The position numbers were made by a program, and so were the translations under genes. The notes beneath the pieces were generated by a model. It saw nothing but the letters and a program-made list of their open reading frames with translations, ran no database searches and was not told the origin of the DNA. From a virus (Duplodnaviria; Caudoviricetes), in the IMG/VR virus record IMGVR_UViG_3300044844_000952, positions 1 through 26,263 of that record: DNA of 26,263 bases, one strand, 5' to 3'. Below are positions 1 through 7,523 of the stretch, in pieces; positions within the stretch are counted from its first letter, which is position 1; each line of letters starts with the position of its first letter.

Positions 1-45
1 GCCCCCTCTTGATCCCCTCATACACTCGCACCGACTCAATTCCCC

Positions 46-130
46 AGTGATTTCAAGGGGTTAGCACCCCTGCACCTTTCTAGAAATCGCGAGGGCCGCG
101 CCTTCTCAGGCGTAACCCCCTGATATCCTT
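46..130. promoter_or_regulatory. Divergent inverted pair of an 18-bp motif (putative protein-binding sites)
   Basis: The reverse complement of 46-63 (TAACCCCTTGAAATCACT) matches 113-130 (TAACCCCCTGATATCCTT) at 14/18. The 49-bp spacer contains the perfect palindrome TTTCTAGAAA (77-86). Function is inferred only. Confidence 0.4.
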
Positions 131-149
131 AAAGATTCTTTCGGTTCCC

Positions 150-185
150 GTTAGTTTATGAGTATTGGAATTCTCGTAAACTAAC
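150..185. repeat. 36-bp imperfect palindrome
   Basis: GTTAGTTTATGAGTATT-GG-AATTCTCGTAAACTAAC: 17-bp arms with 15/17 complementary, AT-rich in a GC-rich context, abutting the tandem array. Confidence 0.9.
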
Positions 186-186
186 A

Positions 187-652
187 GGCCCCGCCCTACC
201 TATGGGGCCCGCCCTACCTGCAGGCCCCGCCCTACCTATGGGGCCCGCCGTACCTGCAGGGGCCCGCCGTACCCATAGGGGCCCGCCGTACCCATAGGGG
301 CCCGCCGTACCCCATAGGGCCCCGCCCTACCTGCAGGCCCCGCCGTACCCCATAGGGCCCCGCCGTACCCCATAGGGGCCCGCCGTACCCATAGGGGCCC
401 GCCGTACCCATAGGGGCCCGCCGTACCCATAGGGGCCCGCCGTACCCCATAGGGCCCCGCCCTACCTGCAGGCCCCGCCGTACCCCATAGGGGCCCGCCC
501 TACCCATAGGGGCCCGCCCTACCTGCAGGCCCCGCCCTACCCATAGGGCCCCGCCCTACCCATAGGGCCCCGCCCTACCCATAGGGGCCCGCCCTACCCC
601 ATAGGCCCCCGCCGTACCCTATCGGGGCCCGCCGTACCCTATCGGGGCCCGC
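187..652. repeat. Tandem array of 24 ~18-21-bp GC-rich units, consensus GGCCC(C)GCC(C/G)TACC + variable segment
   Basis: 24 CGCC(C/G)TACC cores counted by hand plus a final partial unit. A ~100-bp block (258-357) recurs identically at 393-492. Confidence 0.97.
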
Positions 653-759
653 TAAGCCTCTAAGTAGCAGTAATCATTACGGATCCGCGGAAGGTCTCGC
701 TTTTTGACTCGAGGACGGCCCTCCACTCCCCGCCGAAAAAAACAAAAAAGGGGTTTTTG

Positions 760-789
760 TTGACGCTCCCAACGCCTTCCCGCCATCGT
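760..789 (+). promoter_or_regulatory. Possible sigma70-type promoter for the packaging/late operon
   Basis: TTGACG (760-765), 18 bp, then a weak -10 CATCGT (784-789). A/T tracts at 736-761 resemble an UP element. The -10 match is poor. Confidence 0.3.
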
Positions 790-812
790 TGCATCCGGCA
801 AACCGAAGGCCT

Positions 813-889
813 CTCACGGCCCCATAGGCCCTCACGGCCCCTCACGCCCCTCACGCTTCTCACGCCCTCACGGCCTCACGCCCCTCACG
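813..889. repeat. Array of 8 CTCACG hexamers
   Basis: CTCACG starts at 813, 831, 841, 850, 859, 867, 875 and 884 (spacing mostly 8-10 bp). One GGCCCCATAGG from the first array lies between copies 1 and 2. Confidence 0.93.
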
Positions 890-949
890 GCCCCCCTGAG
901 CAAGTGCACCCACTGGAGCCCTCTGGGTGCTGGTGCTACATCCGCTTCC

Positions 950-2368
950 ATGATCATCCAGACACCACAGGGCCCCATCGAATCACGTGAGATCCCAGCG
1001 CCCTGGTGGGTCTATGACGCCATCGAAGACCTTACGCCAGAGCGCATCTTCTGGATTACAGGCGGCCTGGGCTCAGGAAAGACCACGGGGGCGGCCCACT
1101 GGTTTATCGACAGGTGGCTCCTCAATCGCCACTCGAGGTTTTCCTGGGGCGTAGCCCCCACGTACACAAAGGTCGAGCAGATTATAATTCCCGCAGTCGT
1201 GCAGGTTCTTCATGACGTCTATGGCCTTCGGGAGAGAGTCCACTATTCCTTGACGAGGACGCCTTTCTGGAAGCTAATACTCAAAGGCTATCAGCATGAG
1301 ATGCACTTTTTGTCGGGCGATCGGCCAGAACTATTCGTCGGCTCGAACATTGCGTCATGGTGGATTACAGAGCCAGGACTCCAGCGGCGAGAGGTGTTCG
1401 AGAAGTGCCAGACACGTCTTCGATGCCCACGGGCGGTGGTCCGGCAGGGCATAGGAGAGGGCACTCCCGAAGGGCTCAACTGGTACGCAGACCTTGCGGA
1501 TATCCCCGGCCCAGGGGGCTCTTATGACAGAGGTGATGCAGAGCGCAACTTCCGCCGCTTTATCGTGGAGACCACGATGAATAAGCATCTCATGCCGTCC
1601 GCAGAGGTGTACGCCAAAACGAAGATAAGGGACGTTTACGCCTATGACCCGGCAAAAGCTTTGAGCTATGAGAAGGGCTTGTTCACGAAATTTACCAAGG
1701 GCTCGGCGTACTGGGAGTTTGTCGAATCCAGGAACGTCACAGCGTCCTTTGAAGCTACGCCAGACCTGCCAATCCTTCTGTCCTTTGACTTCAACGTGGC
1801 ACCGTTGGCGTGGGTGGCCATGCAGGAGTTTCGTCGGATGGACCGTGGCCCATATGCTCCACGCACTCATCAGATTGTGGCCCTCGGGGAGAGTAGCGGA
1901 GAATCCCGTGGACTCATGGACGCCATCGCGGAGTTTGCCGCACTCTTCCCGCCGAGCGAGTATGGCTCGACGCCCATCAGAGTCTTCGGAGATGCTTCAG
2001 GGTTTGCCCGAAATATTCACACGGCGGGGTCGGATTATACTTCCATTCAGCACTACCTCGCCTCTTTAGGTTTTTACAACGTCTCTATCGTTGCCGAGAG
2101 AAAGAACCCGCAGATTAAACATCGACTGGAACGCACGGCGGCGCTTATGGCTTACGAAAAGTTCCTCGTGAGTGTAAACTGCAGAAGACTCATCCAGAGT
2201 TTCGTGAAGAGTTCATTGAAAGAAGGGACATTCGAAATCGAAAAGCCAAGAGATGAGGACTGGACGCACTATGCTGATGCATGCACGTACTGCCTCTTTC
2301 AGTTGTCCAAAGGTATTAAGATTGATGGCCTCTATGACTACACAAGGCCGTTAGGAGCAAGTTTGTAA
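950..2368 (+). CDS. terL: Terminase large subunit
   Basis: Walker A ITGGLGSGKTT, VAPTY motif, Walker-B position WWITEPG, coupling motif GTPEG, RNase H-like nuclease motifs LSFDFN, FGDASG and HYADACTY. Directly upstream of the portal. Confidence 0.95.
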   Translation: MIIQTPQGPIESREIPAPWWVYDAIEDLTPERIFWITGGLGSGKTTGAAHWFIDRWLLNRHSRFSWGVAPTYTKVEQIIIPAVVQVLHDVYGLRERVHYSLTRTPFWKLILKGYQHEMHFLSGDRPELFVGSNIASWWITEPGLQRREVFEKCQTRLRCPRAVVRQGIGEGTPEGLNWYADLADIPGPGGSYDRGDAERNFRRFIVETTMNKHLMPSAEVYAKTKIRDVYAYDPAKALSYEKGLFTKFTKGSAYWEFVESRNVTASFEATPDLPILLSFDFNVAPLAWVAMQEFRRMDRGPYAPRTHQIVALGESSGESRGLMDAIAEFAALFPPSEYGSTPIRVFGDASGFARNIHTAGSDYTSIQHYLASLGFYNVSIVAERKNPQIKHRLERTAALMAYEKFLVSVNCRRLIQSFVKSSLKEGTFEIEKPRDEDWTHYADACTYCLFQLSKGIKIDGLYDYTRPLGASL

Positions 2369-3885
2369 TGGGCATTAAATTTTACGACCATCCAGAATAC
2401 GAAGAGAACGAAGAGGCATTAGAAACCTATCGAGTCCTCTACAACGGAGAGCGTGAAAAGCTTGTAGGACAGAAATATCTCTGGCCGCACGAGCTTGAGT
2501 TCTCGAATCAAGCTGCGTCGACCGACCCATCCTCTGGTGTTTCGGAAACCGTAGGCCAGAAAATCCGCCGCATTCGAGCCATGCGCTCTCGGTACTTCAA
2601 TCTCTTCGAGCCAGTAATCTCTACGTGGATTTCTATGGCCTTGTCGAAACCGATTCGCCTCGATGAAGAGACGGCCAATATGCTTGGCGAGGATGTTCAC
2701 AACATCGATGGAAAGGGTACCTCTTTACAGAACTTCGTCATGAACGATATCGCCGTATCGTTCTTCAGAGATGGAAAGGCCTGCATCCTCGTAGATGCAC
2801 CGGAGAATACCGCAAGGACTCGTGTCGAAGAAGCGCTCAGTGGCTTTCGCCCTTACATGGAAATGATAGACCCACTGGAGCTCAAAGATTGGCAGATAGG
2901 AGAGGATCGGAAATTTGACGGCATCCGTTATGAGTATGAAGTGATTGCGCCTCGTGCCTCATTCATGGAAGAGCCCGAAGAGGTTGAGTACTGCAAAATC
3001 ATGGAGCGCAAGGACGGTGGCGTGTTTGTCTCCATCTACCGAGAAAACGAAGAGACTGAAGAGTGGGAGGCGGTAAGCGTCGACATTCCTCTCGATGGCT
3101 TTACAGAGATTCCCGTGGCCATCACGGTTAACAACGTCTCGTGGGTTAAGGATGTCTCTGAGCTTCAGCTGGTCGTCTATAACCTGATGAGCGCTTACTA
3201 CAATCAGCTGAATACCCAAGCGTTCCAAAGAGTCTTTGTCTCTGGCGACCTTCAGGACAAGCATCTTATAAGCATTTCGGAGTATGCGGTCTCTGTGCTT
3301 CCGCAAGAAGCCAAGCCGTATGTCATCGAGCCAGCATCGACGGAAGCGCTGCTCAATGCGATTAACACTTCTGTCGATCAGCTTTATCGAGTGGCGTTCA
3401 ACCGCACACGTGGCGTGTCGAGCACCTCCAACGAAGCTCCTGGAGCAGCAACTCTTCGAGAGATGTCGACTGAGCTCATCGCATTGTTGATCCATGCCGT
3501 AGGAGAGCTCGAGGGCGCTATCAATGATGCGTTGGCAAACTACGCAAGGTTCAAGGGCATCAGCGACTTTAAAGGCCGTGTAACGCTCTCTCGTGACATT
3601 ACTGCCGATGACGTTAATCAGCAGATTCAGCTCTTCCTGGCGTATCGTGATGAGATTCGCAACGTGGATTCATGGAGAAAGGCGCATCTTAAGAAGGTTG
3701 CGGCCACCATGGGCTATAACGAAGATGAGCTCTCGCAGATTGTCATGGACATCGATGAGATTGCGCCGCTTCCTAGTTTCAACCAGACGGCACTTCCTCG
3801 AGGGCTGACAGCCGCTGGGACACCGGGGGAAACTGTTAACGTACCGCTCCCAGAGCCAAGGGTAAGAGACAGTGACGGAAGATGA
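2368..3885 (+). CDS. Portal protein
   Basis: 505 aa, TAATG-coupled to terL. KYLWPH...R.RYFNLF near the N-terminus, NIDGKGTSL, GKACILVDAP and RPY resemble SPP1-like/DUF4055-type portals. Confidence 0.88.
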   Translation: MGIKFYDHPEYEENEEALETYRVLYNGEREKLVGQKYLWPHELEFSNQAASTDPSSGVSETVGQKIRRIRAMRSRYFNLFEPVISTWISMALSKPIRLDEETANMLGEDVHNIDGKGTSLQNFVMNDIAVSFFRDGKACILVDAPENTARTRVEEALSGFRPYMEMIDPLELKDWQIGEDRKFDGIRYEYEVIAPRASFMEEPEEVEYCKIMERKDGGVFVSIYRENEETEEWEAVSVDIPLDGFTEIPVAITVNNVSWVKDVSELQLVVYNLMSAYYNQLNTQAFQRVFVSGDLQDKHLISISEYAVSVLPQEAKPYVIEPASTEALLNAINTSVDQLYRVAFNRTRGVSSTSNEAPGAATLREMSTELIALLIHAVGELEGAINDALANYARFKGISDFKGRVTLSRDITADDVNQQIQLFLAYRDEIRNVDSWRKAHLKKVAATMGYNEDELSQIVMDIDEIAPLPSFNQTALPRGLTAAGTPGETVNVPLPEPRVRDSDGR

Positions 3886-4612
3886 GTTGGAAGAGCTCCT
3901 CTTGCTGGTCGAGAGGGGTAACAAACGCATAGACCGAGAGGTGACTGGGTATATCAGTACCCTTCGCCTTCTTATGCAGCGAAAGATTCTTGAAGAACTC
4001 TCGGGCCTTCCTGCCGACCGAAACATCCGTCAGTCACGAGTCATCCGCCTTCTGGGAGGCTTAGAATCCATCGTGCTTACCGATGATGTGCAGGAGCATA
4101 TCGAGTCTTTGCAGGACATCTTCGACCTGCAGTATCGGCTTATGGAGCAGTGGTACGAGATAGCCAATGGGGAAGAGATGGCTGACCGAAGGCTGCCAAA
4201 CATGGGGGTTTTTGTTAACTCTCGAGAGCAGAACGTCTCTATTATGGCGAGGGCCTATGCGAATGAGGTGCGCCAAGGGCTTGCCGACTCTGTAATTACT
4301 GGAGAACGGATATCCGACTTTGACCTCGCTGACGTTCCGGCGACTCGGATATTCAACACACTCAGCACAGACTTAAAGACAGCTACTGCAACCTATAGCC
4401 GTATGGTTGCAATGAATCAGGGCAAGAAGTTTGTCCTTTACGCTGGGCCACGAGACCAAAGGAACCGCCCATTTTGCGCCGAGAGGGTGAATCGAATCTT
4501 CCCTATCGAAGTGGTGTATACTTGGGATAACGGGCAGGGCATCCCCGCCAATCTTTACTGCGGTGGTTATGGATGTCGGCATGCTCTTATTCCAGTGGGC
4601 GTAGGGCAATGA
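3872..4612 (+). CDS. Minor head/head morphogenesis protein (SPP1 gp7 / Mu gpF-like)
   Basis: Follows the portal, GTG start. C-terminal Cys/His motif YAGPRDQRNRPFC...CGGYGCRH is typical of this family. Confidence 0.8.
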   Translation: MTEDELEELLLLVERGNKRIDREVTGYISTLRLLMQRKILEELSGLPADRNIRQSRVIRLLGGLESIVLTDDVQEHIESLQDIFDLQYRLMEQWYEIANGEEMADRRLPNMGVFVNSREQNVSIMARAYANEVRQGLADSVITGERISDFDLADVPATRIFNTLSTDLKTATATYSRMVAMNQGKKFVLYAGPRDQRNRPFCAERVNRIFPIEVVYTWDNGQGIPANLYCGGYGCRHALIPVGVGQ

Positions 4613-5076
4613 CCATAGAGATAAAAAACCTTGAGGCAATCAATAGGGCAGTCGAAGAGCGGCTTAATAAGATGGGGCCTACGCTTCAAACTGCTGTCGA
4701 GAGAGAGGCCGAAGGGATTAAGACCAGAACCAAGTCCGGCATTGATGTCGATGGGAAGCAGTTTACTCCGTATTCAGATAATCCTAAAGCTCGTGGGGCT
4801 AACTGGAAGGATGTTCGTAGAAATACAGGCTTTCAAACAGCCTACGTTGACCTAAGCTACAGTGGCGATATGTTCGAGGCGATGAAGGTCGCCTTTAGAA
4901 AGGAAGGGTTCAAGTTTCTCGCTACCATCTTTTTTAACGACCAGAAGCAATCGAAAAAGGCCCTTGGGCATCAGAGCGGACAACTTGGCAAAGTTAAGTT
5001 TATCGCTCGAAAGTTCTTTGGCCTATCAAAAACTCAGCGAGAAACGATAGCATCTAAACTACGGAATGCGAAATGA
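4609..5076 (+). CDS. Virion morphogenesis / tail-completion (neck) protein, Mu gpG / P2 gpS-like
   Basis: Start moved to ATG 4609 (ATGA overlap with the upstream stop). Basic 155 aa with GIDVDGKQFTPYS, VDLSYSGDM, ALGHQSG and RKFFGLS. Confidence 0.7.
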   Translation: MTIEIKNLEAINRAVEERLNKMGPTLQTAVEREAEGIKTRTKSGIDVDGKQFTPYSDNPKARGANWKDVRRNTGFQTAYVDLSYSGDMFEAMKVAFRKEGFKFLATIFFNDQKQSKKALGHQSGQLGKVKFIARKFFGLSKTQRETIASKLRNAK

Positions 5077-5819
5077 GCGACGATAACAACAATTCTAATC
5101 AGCCTCCACAGGAACCTGTTAGCGACGATCTCCAGAAGATGCAGGATAAGCTCCAACGTCTTCAAGGGCTCCTTACGTCTAAGGAGAAAGAGTATAATCG
5201 GGTAGTATCAGTCTACAAGGATATCGACCCCGATGAGTACAAGAACCTCAAGCAAAAGTTGGAAGAGAAGGAGCGGGAAGCTGCAGAGAAAGACCCGCAG
5301 AAGATGGAAGAGCTCTTTCAGCGAAAGCTCGATAAGTACCGTAATGAAGTAGAGACAGAGAAGCAATCCCTCAAGGAGCAACTCGACGCTCTTGCTAGGG
5401 TTAATAAAAACTTGGCGGTGACTGATAAAGTCATGTCGGATATTTCAGGGATGTTTAACCAGGACGCCCTAAAGTGGATAAAAAGAGAAGTGGAAGAGTC
5501 CTGCGATTTAGACGAAGATGGTTCTATCGTTGTTAAAGACGATAGCGGAGATATTCTCTACAAGGGGACTCGCCCAATGACTTCAAAAGAGTATGGGGAG
5601 CTACTTGTTGAGAAGTATCCAAGTCTCGCTAAGGCATCTGGTATTAGTGGTGTGAAGGACGCTACTCCAGGGCAACGCTCGTCGCCTCGTGGGGGCAATA
5701 AAGTCCCTGAGTCATGGGCCGAATTGCAAGCTATGCCAAATGCTAGAGAGGTCTTGGAGCGCCTGAAGAAGGAGAATCCCGCTGCGGTTCAAAAGATTTT
5801 GCGAACCATATCTGCATAA
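5073..5819 (+). CDS. Capsid scaffolding protein
   Basis: Highly charged coiled-coil N-half (IDPDEY...EEKEREAAEK) and YPSL..ASG.SG before a flexible tail. Upstream of the capsid gene. Confidence 0.8.
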   Translation: MSDDNNNSNQPPQEPVSDDLQKMQDKLQRLQGLLTSKEKEYNRVVSVYKDIDPDEYKNLKQKLEEKEREAAEKDPQKMEELFQRKLDKYRNEVETEKQSLKEQLDALARVNKNLAVTDKVMSDISGMFNQDALKWIKREVEESCDLDEDGSIVVKDDSGDILYKGTRPMTSKEYGELLVEKYPSLAKASGISGVKDATPGQRSSPRGGNKVPESWAELQAMPNAREVLERLKKENPAAVQKILRTISA

Positions 5820-5837
5820 TTAGGAAGGAATTTACCT

Positions 5838-6077
5838 ATGGCAACACAGTTTAAAGATCTTGATGGCGTTAGATTTGTTAACGGTGTCGCTACAGCTGTC
5901 AACAATGCGGATGTTACTACTCCAACTTCAGCTGAGTTGGTTGCGGCCCTCGGGTCGGCAGCTAGCCAGGTTGGAAAGGTTTTCATCCAGGATGATGCTG
6001 GGGCTAACACCACAGTGAAACTCGTAGTTAGCAATGGGGCTAGCTATTTCTTCGTTGCTTTGACGAAGGCTGTTTAA
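5838..6077 (+). CDS. Small putative head decoration/accessory protein (79 aa)
   Basis: Good RBS (AGGAAGGA), Ala/Val/Thr-rich, located between scaffold and capsid. Function is from position only. Confidence 0.55.
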   Translation: MATQFKDLDGVRFVNGVATAVNNADVTTPTSAELVAALGSAASQVGKVFIQDDAGANTTVKLVVSNGASYFFVALTKAV

Positions 6078-6082
6078 GAATT

Positions 6083-6571
6083 TTAAGGTAAATGACGCCA
6101 AGTTTTATAGGTAACAATAGAATGAATTACATGCTTACCAACACAAAATATCTCTGCAAGTTCTTTGCGGGTTTTTTGTTTGGTCTTGTAAAGCTTTCGT
6201 ATCTGCAAAACAAAAGAGTCATTGAGTATAGCCATACCGTGACGGCTACCTCTGGGTGTGTTTGGAAGATGTCGTTCCTTCGCAATCTTATCAGAGCAGT
6301 TGTCCTGGTGTGTGCCAAGAAACAAATGCTGCGGGTTTACGCAAAGGCGATTATCGCACTTGTGGCAAACAAGGAACCCTTCGGGGATTTCTCCAGCATA
6401 AAAAGAATAAGAAAGTCGATGAGCATAAAGTTGTTTTCTGTTCTGGGTGCCACTGGTTCTAATGGTTCCATAGCCATAGGAATTGATGCGGCCAGTCCAG
6501 TTCCAGCAGCTTGACTGATTGCCTTTCTTAAAATGTCTTTCGAATCTTTCTTGTAATGATTTGACTGGCAT
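6083..6571 (-). CDS. Free-standing HNH homing endonuclease with C-terminal HTH-like DNA-binding segment
   Basis: CWNWTG..GYG, AHRLSY and VCHKCDNRLCVNPQHLFLGTHQDN (His-Cys/HNH motif). C-terminal RKELAEIFCVGKHVIHSIVTYKTW. AT-rich relative to its neighbours. Confidence 0.93.
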   Translation of the reverse strand: MPVKSLQERFERHFKKGNQSSCWNWTGRINSYGYGTIRTSGTQNRKQLYAHRLSYSFYAGEIPEGFLVCHKCDNRLCVNPQHLFLGTHQDNCSDKIAKERHLPNTPRGSRHGMAILNDSFVLQIRKLYKTKQKTRKELAEIFCVGKHVIHSIVTYKTWRHLP

Positions 6572-6636
6572 AAAGTAATTTTAACTAAATGGGCGTTATA
6601 TAACATTACGCTCTGAGACATGTAAAGGAGATTTAT

Positions 6637-7509
6637 ATGGGTGCCGTGAGTAATATCACCGAATTTGGAAATAGCGTTAACGTCACTGACGTTCTCGCAG
6701 CTGGAATTTCCCCAGCGCTTGTAAAAGCTAACTGCATGATGGCAGTTATGCACACTGAGGGACTTCCCGCAGGAACAATGACAGCAAAGCTCACACGACG
6801 TGGATCTTTGACTGCTGCTACTCTTGCTGAGGCTACTGCTCTCGCACCAAACGCAGATGGCGAGCTTACTGATTCTTCAGTATCGGCCACCATTGCTAAG
6901 TGCGCTGTAGTTTCTGGCGTATCTGTTGAGCAAGGCGCATTCGGAAGCATCACTGCTGACCGTATTGCTGCTGAGCACGGTGCTTCTATTGCTCGTTTTG
7001 TTGATAACGATGCTCTCTCGTTGTTCTCTGGTCTTTCGACCTCTGTAACTTCGGCAAGCATCCTTACCATCGACGATGTAATGCTTGGGCAGTTCAACAT
7101 CTTCAACTCTGAGTGTCCTAACAAGGAAGTTCCGCTTAAGGCAGTTCTTTCTCACCGTGGTCACTACAACATCAAGAAGGAAATCGTACAGTCCGGTGCT
7201 TCAGTATGGAGCAACGAGAGCTACCTCGACGTACTTGGCGGAACCCCACAAGCTAACTGCTATGTTGGTTCTCTCCTTGGCTCGATTGATTTCCACGCTA
7301 CTTCTGGACACGCTACCTCTGGCGGCGACACTGTTCAGGCTATCTTCCACCCAATGTGGGCATTCGCTGGCTTCTTCGCTCCAGCGCCTGTTACATGGGT
7401 TAAGGAGAAGGGAGGTGAGGGGTTCTACACTGAGTATGCTACGTACTACTTCTACGACGTACTTGAGTGGAACGACCTTTGCGGCGTTAAGCTCTTGAGC
7501 GATACCTAA
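6637..7509 (+). CDS. Major capsid protein (HK97 fold expected)
   Basis: 290 aa, strong RBS AAAGGAG, biased codon use (GCT/TCT/ACT), LAEAT.L and IARFVD..AL helix, followed by a strong terminator. Confidence 0.88.
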   Translation: MGAVSNITEFGNSVNVTDVLAAGISPALVKANCMMAVMHTEGLPAGTMTAKLTRRGSLTAATLAEATALAPNADGELTDSSVSATIAKCAVVSGVSVEQGAFGSITADRIAAEHGASIARFVDNDALSLFSGLSTSVTSASILTIDDVMLGQFNIFNSECPNKEVPLKAVLSHRGHYNIKKEIVQSGASVWSNESYLDVLGGTPQANCYVGSLLGSIDFHATSGHATSGGDTVQAIFHPMWAFAGFFAPAPVTWVKEKGGEGFYTEYATYYFYDVLEWNDLCGVKLLSDT

Positions 7510-7523
7510 TATAAGGTAGGTTG

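Noticed and set aside
187-652. CRISPR array
   Set aside because: Units are ~19 bp in total with only 3-5 variable bases drawn from four recurring variants. There are no unique spacers and no cas genes.
232-990. ORFs 232..507, 236..430, 660..863 and 757..990 as genes or as terS
   Set aside because: They are low-complexity translations of DNA repeats whose periods are not multiples of 3, with no RBS and no HTH or coiled-coil TerS features.
6092-6753. ORFs 6092..6514 (+) and 6337..6753 (-)
   Set aside because: Shadow or alternative-frame ORFs of the motif-bearing HNH gene with no recognisable features.
5838-7509. Group I intron splitting the capsid gene around the HNH
   Set aside because: The HNH is antisense, both flanking ORFs have their own RBS, start and stop, and there is no room for an intron core.
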